From assembly GCF_036365525.1 (NCBI RefSeq), contig NC_090390.1, positions 74,712,918 through 74,776,917 of the forward strand: a stretch of DNA of 64,000 bases, in the 5' to 3' direction. The translations under genes and the position numbers were made by a program. The notes under the pieces are model-generated. The model saw only the letters and a program-made list of their open reading frames with translations, was not told the origin of the DNA and did not search any database. How positions within the stretch are numbered: the first letter of the stretch is position 1; each line of letters begins with the position of its first letter. Of this stretch, positions 23,221-35,873 are shown piece by piece. Source of the DNA: Heterodontus francisci. Lineage: Eukaryota.

Positions 23221-26149
23221 AGCAGGGTGCTGTCAAACTCATACATTTACATTCTGATTCTCTGGCATGTGCACAAGGCAGGAGAGGCCTGAGAACTTTA
23301 TAATGGCTCAAAGGCATGTGCGAAAACCTTGAAAAAATATTCTCAGTGAATCATGCAGCTGCTGAATGCCAGCATCTATCAAGCTGCTATACTTTATGCC
23401 CTGGGTTACAGCACTTACCAAGCACTGAGTGTCTGCTGGAAAGATAACTGTACGGGAGAAACTGCTAGCGTTTATGGTTGGTGAGATTTTCATACTAAAG
23501 TGTTATGTTTCATCACGGAATACAAATTTGACAAAAGTGAAACTCGGCTCTTGTGGGAAACCACTTATAGTATTTGGAGAAGTTTTTTTACTGACTCCGA
23601 TGCAAGGTCAGTAATGGAAAAATTATTGTCTTCTCATATTTTTGTAGTGAGTCTCTGTATCAAGCACACTCAGATTGAGTATAGCAAAGCCAAATGTAGC
23701 TCCTTCTACTGCCACAATATATACGTACCTCCGACCTCAGAAGAAGGGGCACTTCTATTATAGCAAGTGTACATTTACTGCTTCCTGGATAAAGCATCTC
23801 AAAGTTTCTTTGAATGAGATTAAGAATTTAGTGCCAGTAGCAGAAGTAAGGCATTTATAATAGAACCTTATCAAGTGTCTCAGAAGCATCAAACCAGTTT
23901 TGTGTTATAGACCCATGCACACAAGGAACTGGGATGAGACTGCTCCACTGAATTATAGGCAATGTAAAAAGGAGACTTTCATTCCTTAAGTCTGCTAGTA
24001 CATAAATAAATAAAGGCAAATACAAACATTTGATAACCTCGTGGGCTCTCTGGAACTTACCTTTATTAACATGGTATTGAATGTGGAACAGAAGCTCATA
24101 TTTAAATTCAGGTGCAGAAGTGAAGAGCTGGTGAGTTAATCCTCTGCCTCAGCCTGTACAGAATCTAAACCTCTTTTGGTTTCACTTTGATCTGGTGAAA
24201 TCCAACGAAATGGAGGTTATCTCTTTGAGACTATTTTCCTGGATGGAACGGCATTTTAACTAGTTGACAATGAAGTGCAAATCCCTAGATCGGACAACAA
24301 GATGGGAAAATGCAGACCCACAGCTTGGAAGTTTTTAATTCATTTGTCTTACTAGGAGGAAAGTCAAGTGCCGTGGACCCACGATTATGCACCCTGCGCT
24401 CTGTGTGAGCTCCACACCTCACTGAGATTCAGCCCTTTAGTTAACATCTCGGCTGCAAGTCCTCTGTCATAACAACGCAGCTGAGATCAGACAACCAAAC
24501 GGTGTAGTGAGGGGGTGGGTGGGGGAAGAGATGGGACCTTGCTCCCAGTATGTGTCAATATTTCATCAAGCTACGCCACCATGCTGTGTAATCACCCGTG
24601 ATTAAAATGAGTGACTAAAAACCAGTTTCACAAATGCAACAGAAACATTGCTGCCCCCTTGCAGCTTTTAACACTGCAGGAGTGAGGCCATCAGACAGAG
24701 AAAGTCCCCAAACATCAGTGAGGCAAATGACCAGTTACTTGACTGAGGAAAGAATGTTGGTCAGGACATCTCCCTCCTCTTTATCCAACAATGCCGTGGG
24801 ATCTTTAATATCCATCTGACGGGCCTTTGGTCCAGCATCTCATCCCATAGGATGGCACCTCCAATAATACAACACTCCCTCAATATCATTAAATCTACCC
24901 TCATAACTTAATGTGTACATGACCAATTGGAAATTAATTAAAACACAGCGATATAAAGAAACACTAGTCTTAAAATCGCAGTGATTGATTTTGTCTCTAA
25001 TGGCATTTTCTGTGATTTTTCTGATTGTGTCAGCTGATGGACGGTCCCTTCGATGAGACAAACATCATGCTAGACTCTTAAACCCATTTTCCATTGAATA
25101 CAGGGTGCTAAACAAACAGGAAGTTGAATGTGGAACAAAAGTGAATGCATTAAGTTGCATGTGTAACATTTATACAAGACTCCCTCTGCTTCTATTGATA
25201 AAAGAGCTGTTCAACTGACTCATTATGACAACAATTTATGGTCCACAGCATTATAAACTGGGCAACTGTAGCCATATCACAGCACTTTAGGAACTGGAAA
25301 CCTGTTCAATGGCTTTCCTTGTCACATAATTTCAAGGTTCTTTGGCCTGAAATGTCCTCATTCGCAATTATCACTTCATTTATCCGACTCCCATCCCCTT
25401 AGCTTTTCTCTCAGTATCAGTTCATTCACAGGCCATCTACCTCTAGCAGGCAAGAGAGTGAATTAAGGCATCTTGGTCAAATCTATAACAACTTGACCAG
25501 CGCAAATGCCATTCAAGATGTTTGCTCCATTATTTTTCTTCCCCACCCCTACAGGGCTTCTCTCACTGTCCCTCTAACAGCAGTGCAGCTGAAGTCCAGT
25601 ACTGGAAGGATTAAACCTGGGCTCCAGGTGGAGCTCAATATTTCAGTGAGCTATAATCATTCCGCACTATCAACAATGCTTTACCATTTGCCAATTTTAA
25701 CTCCACTTGAAAACAACTGCTGACGTCCAGCAGGTTTAGCCTTCAGTAAGGCTGGAGTCCTTGTGCAGCTTTACGAAACATCAGCAGACCAGTCAAATAA
25801 CAAGTGGCTCTGAATCTAGCTCATTCATTTCAATAAAAATGGATCCACTCTGCAAAGGCATGCACATACATTCAATACATCAAGCAGATATTTACACATG
25901 CTATCCTCCTGAACCATATGAAACCCATACTGAAAATGCGGTTAAAGGTCCAGAACAAACTCCTTCTAAGGTTCAGTGGGTAAAGGCAAGGTTCGGTTCA
26001 TCCAGGATGGGTAGATGCTGCTGAGTTAGCTGATCTGAACAAAAGATGGAGAGAGGGCTGCTGCTGAGGGGCTAGTGATGAGGGGGAGGGGGAGCTGGAA
26101 ATAACCCAGGATTCTCAGTTCCGATCTCTGAATGATATCTGCCGGAACA

Positions 26150-26700
26150 TGTGAATTTCCCAATATTTGTCCCTGAACCAATAGGGACTTATTTATTTCA
26201 TTGCTGTTTGTGGGAGCTTGCAGTGCGCATATTGGCTGCGGTGTTTCTGACATTACTTCAAAAGTAGTTCATTGGCTGTGAAGCACTTTGGAACATGAAA
26301 GGTGTTTTTTAAATATAAGTCTTTCTTTCATCTTTCTTTATGTTTGGTAAGGAATTGGCTATGCTAAACTCCCCCTCCTCCCCTCCCTCCTTTATTGGAA
26401 TAGTCCACCAACAGTTGTCTCTGCTCACACACCAACAGCCAGCTTGGGCCAATTTATCTATGGAATCTCAATGGGTAGCACTCTCACCTCTGACTCAGAG
26501 TCCCACTACAGAGATTCGGACAGAAAAATCTAGGCTGAGACTGCACTGCAGTACTGAGGGAGCGCTGCTCTGTCGAGTGGCCATCTTCCAGATGAGACAT
26601 TAAATCGAAGCCCTGCTCTCTCAGGTGGGCATAAAAGACCCCTTGGTTCTCGCCTAGTGTCCTGGCCAATATTTATCCCTCAATCAAAATCACAAAAAAG
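26150..26700 (+). mobile_element. Two DeuSINE fragments (26150-26338 3' part; 26470-26700 5' part)
   Basis: Deu-body and tail motifs as in 27830-28280. Confidence 0.7.
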
Positions 26701-27829
26701 CATTGAACTCAGTAAGAACCACTGCCTACAGGTGAGGAGATGAACGAAAAGGACATTAGCTGGTGAGAGCAGAGACAGAAATGCAGGCACTGTTTCTTCA
26801 GCATCAGTTTTTATTCAATACTTTTTTTTTAAAATGATAATTCAAGGCTGATCTGACCACTGGCACAATGTACGACCGATTTCACCTTCATCCTCCCAAT
26901 ACTATTGCCAACCCTCGATTTTATTCTAACTTTGCACAACATTCTGTGCCACCCATATATACTGAAGTGATGGTGATTATACTTTGATTCGTCGAAACCT
27001 GTTATTGTTACAGCCCAGCAAAAGTAACAATGATATTATACAGAGACACCACCGAGTGGTTCGACAAGGGATCACACCCACAGTTACTCACATTAGATTT
27101 CAGATTCTAATCCTGGTGCAATGGAAATGAAGGGCTCTGAATTATGACAATACTGTTGCTAGGAGGTATTTTTAAGGAGATTGTCTAACTCATATTCCAG
27201 CTGTCCTTATCTTTTCTTTGAGTGAGATTCACCCAAGCTTCTTCAGTCCTTTCCCCACTGCAATGCATAGAGGAGCCGAAGACGATTTTGATCCTTTCAA
27301 TTGTCACCAACATATTACACTGGCAAGCATCGGACTACATAGAATTTGAGAGCAAAGAAACAGTTCATTTGTTCCAACTGGCCTATGCTGGTGTTAATGC
27401 TCCGCATGAGCCTCCTCCCACCTTTGTCTAACCCTATCTTGTATTCCTTTCTCCCTTATGTACTTATCCAGCCTCCCCTTCAGAGCATCTAGTACTGAAT
27501 CAATATTGACTCCATCCAGAGCCATGTGCAGCACAGGCTGACCAATTACTATATGGTTTCCCATATGTAGCACCGGTTATTGTAAGGGCTAGAGAACACT
27601 GAGTGAGTCAGTAATACTATTATTGTATACAAAGACTTACTTATATCCATTAAAGGATACAGACGTAAAACTGGCACAGTACATCAACAAAACAAGTTAG
27701 TCACTGATTACCATTTCTTATTCCCCCCAAAAATATGTTTATTAAACTTGCATATTGCCTCTTCAAGCTCATGTACAATAAACAAAATGATATGCAGAGA
27801 AGTCTGATCTTGAGCTCACTTTTATTTAT

Positions 27830-28280
27830 GGTGGCTCAGTGGTCACAGTCTCACCTCTGATTCAGAAGGTTGTGGGTTCAAGACCCACTGCAGAGATTAA
27901 GGCACAGAAATCTAGGCTGACACTCCACTCCAGTACTGAGAGAGTGCTGCACTGTCACAAGTGCCATCTTTCAGATGAGACATTAAACTGAGTCCCCGTC
28001 TGCTCTCTCGAGTGGACATAAAAGATCTGTAGGCATGAATTCAAAGAAGAGCAGCGTGCCCTGGCCAATATTTATCCCTCAATCAAAATCAGAAAAGGTA
28101 AGCAGATTACCCGGTTATTAACATATTGCTGTTTGTGGGAGCTTGCTGTGCACAAATTGGCTGCTGCATTTCCTACATTACAACAGTGACTACACTTCAA
28201 AAAAAATCTCATCGGCTGAAAAGCGCTTTGGAACATCCTGAAGTCATGAGAGGTGCTATATAAATGCAAGTCTTTCTTAC
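27830..28280 (+). mobile_element. DeuSINE (SacSINE1-like), full length
   Basis: gtggctcagtgg A box, gggttcaagaccc B box, Deu-like body, tail gctatataaatgcaagtctttc. Confidence 0.85.
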
Positions 28281-29194
28281 TTTGAGAAATTCCTGTTACT
28301 AATTCAGTCATCCCTGTGGGTTACAAGTTATTTAATCTCTCTCTTTCTCTCACAAGGAAATACACAACTGATATTAGACTCCTCGTCACGTACTGTCCTC
28401 TCTTCCTCCTGTGGGCACTGGGCATTGTTATTCCTTTTACAGTCACTGAGGTGATGGTTCATGACACCAGTGAAGATTAAAATGATGTGTTTGAAAACAG
28501 CATAAAAAAACGATGCTTCAGAACATTCTCAAACTCTGAATAGCCCCAGGACCAAACATTATACAAAAACACAAAAAAATTGTTAACTGTGTTCGCTTCT
28601 TGAGCCGTGCAAACAGGATTGACAATACAGCTCACTGGATCCGCTGTTCATTCATCTTCTGAGGAAAACCTTCAGAACTCCACTTCAAGTCCATGTCTTA
28701 TTGCCTGTTACCTCCACTGCATCTAAATTTCTCCCTCAGAAATCTTTTTTGCACTGTAGCAAGTTGCAAACGTGAAGGTCCATGTTTCAATGTATTGGTA
28801 AATCTTGGGATTCAGATGGTTTACAGGAGGCATTACAGCTATGCCCATATGATTTATCTGCTTTCTTCTTCAATGTTCTTCTTTCTTACCCTCCTCAAGG
28901 TGAAGACTCGTGCAGATCCACGAATGATGGCTGCCCTTTGGTGCCTTGCCCAAGTGCCATGTCTTCGTGCAATGAGTATTTGCATTGCCCATTGGACAGC
29001 CTAAATACTTGTGGAGTTTATTACAGTCTAATGCAATCTTATCTTCTCTTGGCATCTGCACATATGCAGTTCCACCTGGAGACAATAACCCTGGCCAATT
29101 GCTCTTGTACAAGTGCTGTTAATCTTAGTGTGTCCTGTTTAGGGTTTTTCTCCAAGCTGTTCAATTGTGTCAGTTTCATTCAGTCGCTCACACT

Positions 29195-29605
29195 CAGACC
29201 TCAGAGTCAAAGCTGTAGGGTCAAGACACAATCCAGGACACAAGTATATAATACAGACTAACATTTCAATGCAGTAATGTCAATGATGCATTGGTGGAGG
29301 TGATGTCCTTCAGTTGAGATATTAAAGCAAGTTCCTACATACGACATATAGGGGCATAAAAGATCCTGTGCCACTATTTGAAGTTCTCTTGTTGTCCAAG
29401 CCAATGGTCCTTGGCTCAACTTATACCACCAGAAAAATAAACCCAACTGTTTGTCTATTTACTGGAACTTGCTGTGCACAAAATGTCTGCCATGTTCACA
29501 CACTTGCAACAGTGACTGCAGTTCAGATCAATTAATTGTGTGTAAAATGCTTTGAGGTGTCTTCAGGGGTATGATAACATAGTATATAAATGTAAGTTCT
29601 TTCTT
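29195..29605 (+). mobile_element. Old degenerate DeuSINE
   Basis: Colinear but diverged match to 27830-28280. Confidence 0.6.
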
Positions 29606-29741
29606 CCCCAGTCTCAAATTACTAACAGACTACAAATAGCTAAGCATTATGAGGTGGGATATGTTCTAGGGGAGATATATTGATATTAACATTATGCTGA
29701 ATATCGATGAAAATAAGTGACAGCCATTCACTGGCTCATTC

Positions 29742-30025
29742 CTTAGGACAATGCCTTGACCAATCACAGTCAAGCTGCCTGGTTTAAAGTTCAAACAAAG
29801 CTTGGCAGTTAACTGTCAGTCACCATAAACTGGTGCATTCTCCATGGCAACACCTCTACCAATCAGAGTCCACTTGCCAACCAATCAGCACTCTCTTCTC
29901 ATACTGTATAAATTTGTTGCTTCCCTTACATTAGTATTCTTGCGAATTGTCCTGATGATTGCAAGATGAAAAGCTTCGACAAAATGTCTAATTTTCAGCA
30001 ATACTCAAATTCCATACTACCAAAC
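29742..30025 (+). mobile_element. Penelope-like pLTR / retrozyme-like unit with CCAAT boxes, TATA box and hammerhead
   Basis: Three CCAATCA boxes (~29760, ~29859, ~29881), TATAAAT at 29907-29913, hammerhead core at 29947-29982. Confidence 0.55.
29938..29982 (+). ncRNA. Minimal type I hammerhead ribozyme motif (second family)
   Basis: Stem I TTGTC(29947-29951)/GACAA(29978-29982), CTGATGA (29952-29958), GAA (29968-29970), palindromic stem III AAGCTT (29971-29976), cleavage triplet TTC. Confidence 0.65.
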
Positions 30026-30223
30026 AACTATTATCCTGAATGTTGTGAAGACGACACTTGTACAGTTGAGCGTCTCTCATCCACTCCTTGTAAATGTGTC
30101 TTAAATTGCTAGTTAGAAGCAGCCTGGGAGCAGTCATTTTGTGTATTACATCCCCAGTGCAGCACACAATGAGGTTCTGCCTTGCCGGCCCCATGAATGG
30201 GAATGATGGGCTGTGGGCCACAC

Positions 30224-30569
30224 TAGGATTGTCAACTCTGGTTGAAAGCATTCCTGGAAGTATCATCTTGTGACCTTCATCCTCCAAGTATCCCACGCTC
30301 CCACCAGACACGTCCATCCTTGTTGAGTACTGCCTTCCCTGGCCAATCGGAAAGTGAATAGACGCTTCCATTATCTGCTTGGATGATTCTCGAATGGCAG
30401 TTTATCAATTTTTTTCCCAATATAACTCAAACAAAAGTGTTCAAAGACATTTTTCTAAAAAAAAAACACATTTTTTAAAGTCCCAATGATTTTTCCTTTA
30501 GCAGTGTCCTGGAGATTAGTCTTTAATTCCTGGAGACTCCAGGGCAATCCTGCAGGGTTGACAACCCTA
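30224..30569. mobile_element. hAT-type non-autonomous DNA transposon (MITE)
   Basis: TIRs TAGGATTGTCAAC / GTTGACAACCCTA; 8-bp flanks GGCCACAC / AGCCAAAC (6/8 identical), consistent with a decayed hAT TSD. Confidence 0.75.
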
Positions 30570-31321
30570 AGCCAAACTCACTACTGATGCTTTTCCATCA
30601 GGGGAATTACTATATGAAATGTCTGCTTCCAGGCTGCACTTAACCAGCAGCTTTGGAATATAAACAGTTATATGTGCTGACTGAGATATTAATTAGTGCA
30701 CAATTATCCCTTTCAAGAACACACATGTGGCATTCATCAGAATACATTTCTTCTTTAAATAAGAAGGTTCATGTTGAATGTTACCTTTACCTCAAGGTCT
30801 GGACAAAATGAAAAACACAGTTAGAGAAAGCAAACAGCTTATTTAACACCAGATACATGCATTCTGCAGGTAATTGCTTCTTTCGACAATACAACAAGCA
30901 GACTACAGGTCACAGATTCATATTCTCAGTACTGGTTCAGTCCTCAGGGCCTTGCCATAGGCTTCTCAGCATCCAATTAATAATAATATCCCTTCTATCT
31001 CCCAACATAGTGGCACAATACCTTTCATCGACCCCGGGCCCAATCACCAACCTCCCGTTCTTTACCAACTGCCAACTACCCCCTCCTGCCACAAATTGCA
31101 GGCCTTCACCACCCTCCCAGCCTTCCGGATGGTGGGCTTCCTCCCCATCAGCCCTCTCACCCACCACTCAAGCTGCTTATTTGACCGGCTGCTGGGCAGC
31201 GGGTTGACGTACAAGATGCACCTGAGGCCCTGTCATGAAGCTCTAGCTGGGTTCAGGCTGGCCCGCACCATCCTTGTGAATATCAGGGTCAAGATGTCTT
31301 CAGTGCCCTACCTGGCACCCT

Positions 31322-31770
31322 GGGGGATATGGTAGCACAGTGGTTATGTTACTGGATCAGTAATCTAGTAAACCTAGACTAATAATCTAGAAATGCGAGT
31401 TCAAACCCCATCATAGCTGTTATGAAATTTAAACTCAGTTAATTAAATACATCTGGAAAAGAAAGCTCCTATTAGGAAATGTGACCACAAAACTATCAGA
31501 TTGCTATAAAAATCCAACTAGTCCACTAATGGCCTTTCGGGAAAGCAATCTGCTGTCTTTACCTCGTCTGACTTATATGCAGCTGAGGACACACAGCAAT
31601 GTGGCTGACTTTTAAATAGCCTAGTAAGCCACTCAGTTGTATCAAGCCTCTGCAACCATCATCACGTGGACTGTCGAAGCCACCTCATCTGCACCTTCTC
31701 AAGGATAACTAGGGAAGGGAAATGAATGCTGGCCTTGCCAGTGACTCCCACATCCAGTCATTGGAAAAAA
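31322..31770 (+). mobile_element. tRNA-headed bipartite SINE (LINE 5' part + LINE 3' end), old long variant
   Basis: Head ggtagcacagtgg...gagttcaaaccc, body as in 41466-41765, 3' part as in 45230-45346. Confidence 0.75.
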
Positions 31771-33324
31771 TTCTGGGTTTGGGTTTCCAATTGATTGACA
31801 GTTCATTGTTTCCATTGCCCATACTAATCAAAGAGGTCATCTACAGTGGTAACATGGTCAACTGACAATGTTTTAGAATGGCCCATTTTGGGATTGTTGA
31901 TCAATTTTCTCTTCATAGAAAGAATTTTGGGATCCAAATATGTTTTAAAACAAACTGAATTCACAAAGGTTTAACTCAGGCGATGAAGAATAGATTAGAA
32001 GTCCGATAGGCCCATCTATGAGGGTGGGGCTGTGGAGCTGATCAGCCATGTCACAGTTCACACTCTAGATGCCTGGGATCGGTGCATTCGAAATAGTGTG
32101 GCAAACTCACCCACTCCTTTCCAACCCTGGTCTGACCAACTGCAATTTTAAATTGTGAAACTTAATTGCGAGGACAACCACCCAAAATAGTGGGGTCCTC
32201 TTGAAATATGCATTGCATCACCGGGCCTGATTTACTATTTTTTTTCTGGAGGCCTGAGCAGGAGTGATGGAGTGATGGCTAAACCTGCCAGAAACTGGAT
32301 CATGAGTCAGGAGAGGCCCAGGCAGGTAAGTTTTTAAAGATTCTTCTAAATTCTTTTAGGTTTCTCTGCAGGTCTTCCTTACATCTCCCCACCAACTCCC
32401 ACCGCCTCCAGTTCGCAATCTTATGTGGAAGAAAACCTTTGGCCTCAGTGCTCGTCTGTCATGCTGTTATTGATGTGATTTCGCAATGAATGGCACATTG
32501 TGAAGTAGGAGACTCACAAGAGTACAATACAGCCAGGTTAAAGTGAAACATCTGCAAAATCCCTTTCGCTCTTTTAATATGACAGATCAGCACCATTTTT
32601 ATATTGAACTGATGTTTGGGTATATTAAAATCTGAGGTTGAATCATAAGAGTAGGAATAGAATTATCAAGGGTTTACAACAACTTTACAATAACTTACAA
32701 GCGCCACCTTACCAATGATTTCACTGCTCCAATCCACTTCCAGCTCATTCTGCCTAATTGATAAATTTTCAGGTATTGATCATGAAGTGATTGCCTATAA
32801 ATGCCCAACTGGTCTAAAGAGAATGTCTATAAATGCATATACACTTAACATTACAACTCGTAGAGTCATATATGACACAGAAGGAGGCCATTCGGCCCAT
32901 CGAGTCCAATTAAATGAAATTAAACGCACACAGTGTTTTAAAATGTCAAAACAACTGCATCACAACAGCCGCCAATTCAATTCCAGAAGAGCACAATGAT
33001 GTGAAATAATTCATGCCAACACTTGATTGTACACTGCCAGTGATAACACGAGTCTGTCTGAAGGATAGCGGGTATTTCGGGGAAATATTACCAGGCTGTT
33101 CGTGATTGTGGGAAAACAAAACATGTTTTACCTTTAACCAATGATCCCTGTAAGCTACACATGTGAGGCTGCGCAGAAACCTGGACGGTACTAGGCAGGC
33201 CGTTCAAAGGCTGCTCCCTTTAAGATACTGCTCGTGCATGGCCAGGCAAAAAAATTTAAATGTACCATGCATTGGACTAAATAAGCTGCAGACAATGAAA
33301 AGAATTTCAAGGGGACTTTGCTCC

Positions 33325-33440
33325 TAGCTGCCCTCTAAGTGGCATAGCAAGCCACTCAGTTGCACAAGGGCAACTAGGAATGGGCAATAAATGCCAGCCT
33401 TGCCAGCGATACCCACAACCTGAGAATGGATACAAAAAAT
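33325..33440 (+). mobile_element. 3' fragment of the tRNA-headed bipartite SINE
   Basis: ctgccctctaagtggcatagcaagccactcagttgcacaagggcaactaggaatgggcaataaatgcc. Confidence 0.7.
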
Positions 33441-34069
33441 GCCATCAGATCGAATCAGCAGCTCCCAGACTCTAGTGTGTGACTATCCCCACATTCAGTT
33501 GGCTTTATTTTCAAATTCATACGATAAAATACTTTTGAATTGACCATGGATAAATGAAAGAAATCAGCAACACAATCTTTTTTTCCAAATCCTAATCTGC
33601 ATAGTTGTGCAACAATTTAAATTGAAACCAAGTCACAGCACCTCAAAAGTAATTCATTGTGCGAACTGCCTTGAGATGTTTCATTGTGATTGTGAAAGCA
33701 AGTATTATTATTAATAAAATACTTCAATTGTGATGATTTGCAGCCAAAAATATCCCTGAGCATTTTGTGCTACAATCCTGATTAAAACATCCGGTCACTG
33801 CTTCAACAGACACTGCTTTTATTAATCCTTCTGCAGAATAGTCAGTTTTTGCCTATAGTCACTGAAAGCATTCGTTATCACTCATAAAGAATTCATTGCT
33901 CAGCCATCTGCAGTCATTTACATACAGTACATAGGCTGGCAACCAGCAGATTGACTGGAGGGAGACATTAAATAAAGTAAATCCCATTAACTCATACAGA
34001 GCATCTTTCTTTTACTAGTATAATTATTGTATGCAAAATTGTATTTAAAAATTGTAATGGGAGCAATTT

Positions 34070-35408
34070 TTTTTTATTCATTCATGGAATGTGAACATCA
34101 CTGGTAAGGCCAGCATTTGTTGCGCATCCCTAACTGCCTTTGAGAAGGTGGTGGCAAGCCGCCTTATTGAACTGCTGCTGTACGTGTGATGTAGGTACGC
34201 CCACGGTGCTGTTAGGAAGGGAGTTCCAGGATTTTGACCCATCGACAGTGAAGGCAGGCGATATAGTTCCAAGTCAGGATGGTGTGTAAATTGGAGGGAA
34301 ACCTGCAGGTGGTGGTGTTCCAATGCGCTGCTGCTCTTGTTCTTCTAGGTGCTGGAGGTCAGGGGTTTGGAAGGTGCTGTCTAAGGAGTCTTGGTGAGTT
34401 GCTGTAGTGCATCTTGTAGATTGTACACACTGCTGCCACTGTGCATCGGTAGTGGAGGGAATGAATGCTTAATATAGAAACATAGGAACAGGAGTAGGCC
34501 ATTCAGCCCATTGAGACTGCCCCACCATTCAATACAATCATGGCTGATCATCCACTTCAATGCCTTTTTCCCAAACTATCCTCATACCCCCTTATGTCAT
34601 TGATATTTAGAAACCTACCCAATGACTGAGCTTCCACAATCCTCTGGGGTAAAGGATTCCAAAGATTCACAACCTTCTGAGTGATGAAATTCCTCCTCAT
34701 CTCTGTCCTAAGTGGCTTCCCCCTTATTTTGAAATAGTGTCCCCTGGTTATAGACTCCCCAACCAGGGGAAAGGTGGTCAAGGGGTGCCAATCAAGTGGA
34801 TTGCTTTGTTCTGAATGGTGCTGAGCTTCATGAGTGTTGTTGGAGCTGCACTCATTGAAGCAAATGGGGAGTATTCCATCACACTCTTGACTTGTGCCTT
34901 GTAGGTGTCAGAATGGCTTTGGGAATCAGGTGAGTCATTCGCTGCAGAATTCCCAGCCTCTGATTTGCTCTTTTAGCCTTAGTATTTGTATGGTTGGTCA
35001 ATGGTGATTCCAGGTTAATGGTGAGAAATTAGATGATGGTAATGCCATTGAATGTCAACAGGAGGTGGTTAGACTCTACCTTTCTAGAGATGGTCATTGC
35101 CTGGCATTTATGTGACAAGAATGTTACTTGCTACTTAAAGCCTGAATGTTGTCCAGCTCTTACTGCATGCAGGCATGCTGCTTCATTATCTGATGAGGTG
35201 CAAATGGAACTGAATGCTGTGCAATCATCAATGAACTTTACTGATGATTGAGAATAGACTGATGGGGTGGTAATTGGCCAGGTTGGACTTGTCCTGCTTT
35301 TTGTGTACAGGACATACCTGGACAATTTTCCACATTACCGAGTAGATGCCAGTGTTGTAGCTGTACTGGAAGAGCTTGGCCAGGGGCTCAGCAAGTTCTG
35401 GAGCACAG
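34070..35408 (-). mobile_element. CR1/L2-group LINE fragment with internal deletions, interrupted by a CR1 piece
   Basis: Reverse-complement match to 43540-45346. Confidence 0.85.
34474..34772 (-). mobile_element. CR1 LINE 3' fragment nested in the LINE above
   Basis: ORF 34557-34781 FPLVGESITRGHYFKIRGKPLRTEMRRNFITQKVVNLWNPLP is a typical CR1 C-terminus. Confidence 0.85.
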
Positions 35409-35660
35409 GGGCCTCGGGAGGAGACTGCAATGGATTATCCACTCGGCACTTCCAGCTGAAGAGGGTTACAAATGCTTCAGCCTTGCCCGTTGCACTCCAG
35501 AACACCAACACTTTGGGTCAAGATATTTATTTTCAGGTTGCAGTGGGACAGGGTAAGTAGTTCTGACCATTGGGAGATTAATATTTAATTATTTTAACTT
35601 TATTTTGTTCAACATATTTCATCTCATCTTCTAACCCCCACTCCCTCTGTAGGCAGCTAT

Positions 35661-35674
35661 CCACTAGATGGCAC
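35661..35674 (+). promoter_or_regulatory. Candidate CTCF core motif
   Basis: CCACTAGATGGCAC matches CCACYAGRKGGCRS in non-repeat sequence; motif match only. Confidence 0.35.
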
Positions 35675-35873
35675 GTGTTTATCTCCTATATGGTTATGAT
35701 TAGAATTGAAAGATTAAGGACTGGATTTTCCCTCCAGGTGCAGGAATCAGGGATCGGGACTGTTTCCGTGCGCTGAGTCTGCCTTAGGCAGGGAAACAGT
35801 TACTTTTTTTCAAGGGGGAGCCCGCCTTAATTGGCCTGGAGTAGGGTTCACTGTCCAGTTAAGGATGGTGGGC

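Noticed and set aside
28693-29261. Cluster of ORFs and a minus-strand GTAAGA donor
   Set aside because: Weak acceptor, unrecognisable peptides, and the long ORF runs into a DeuSINE
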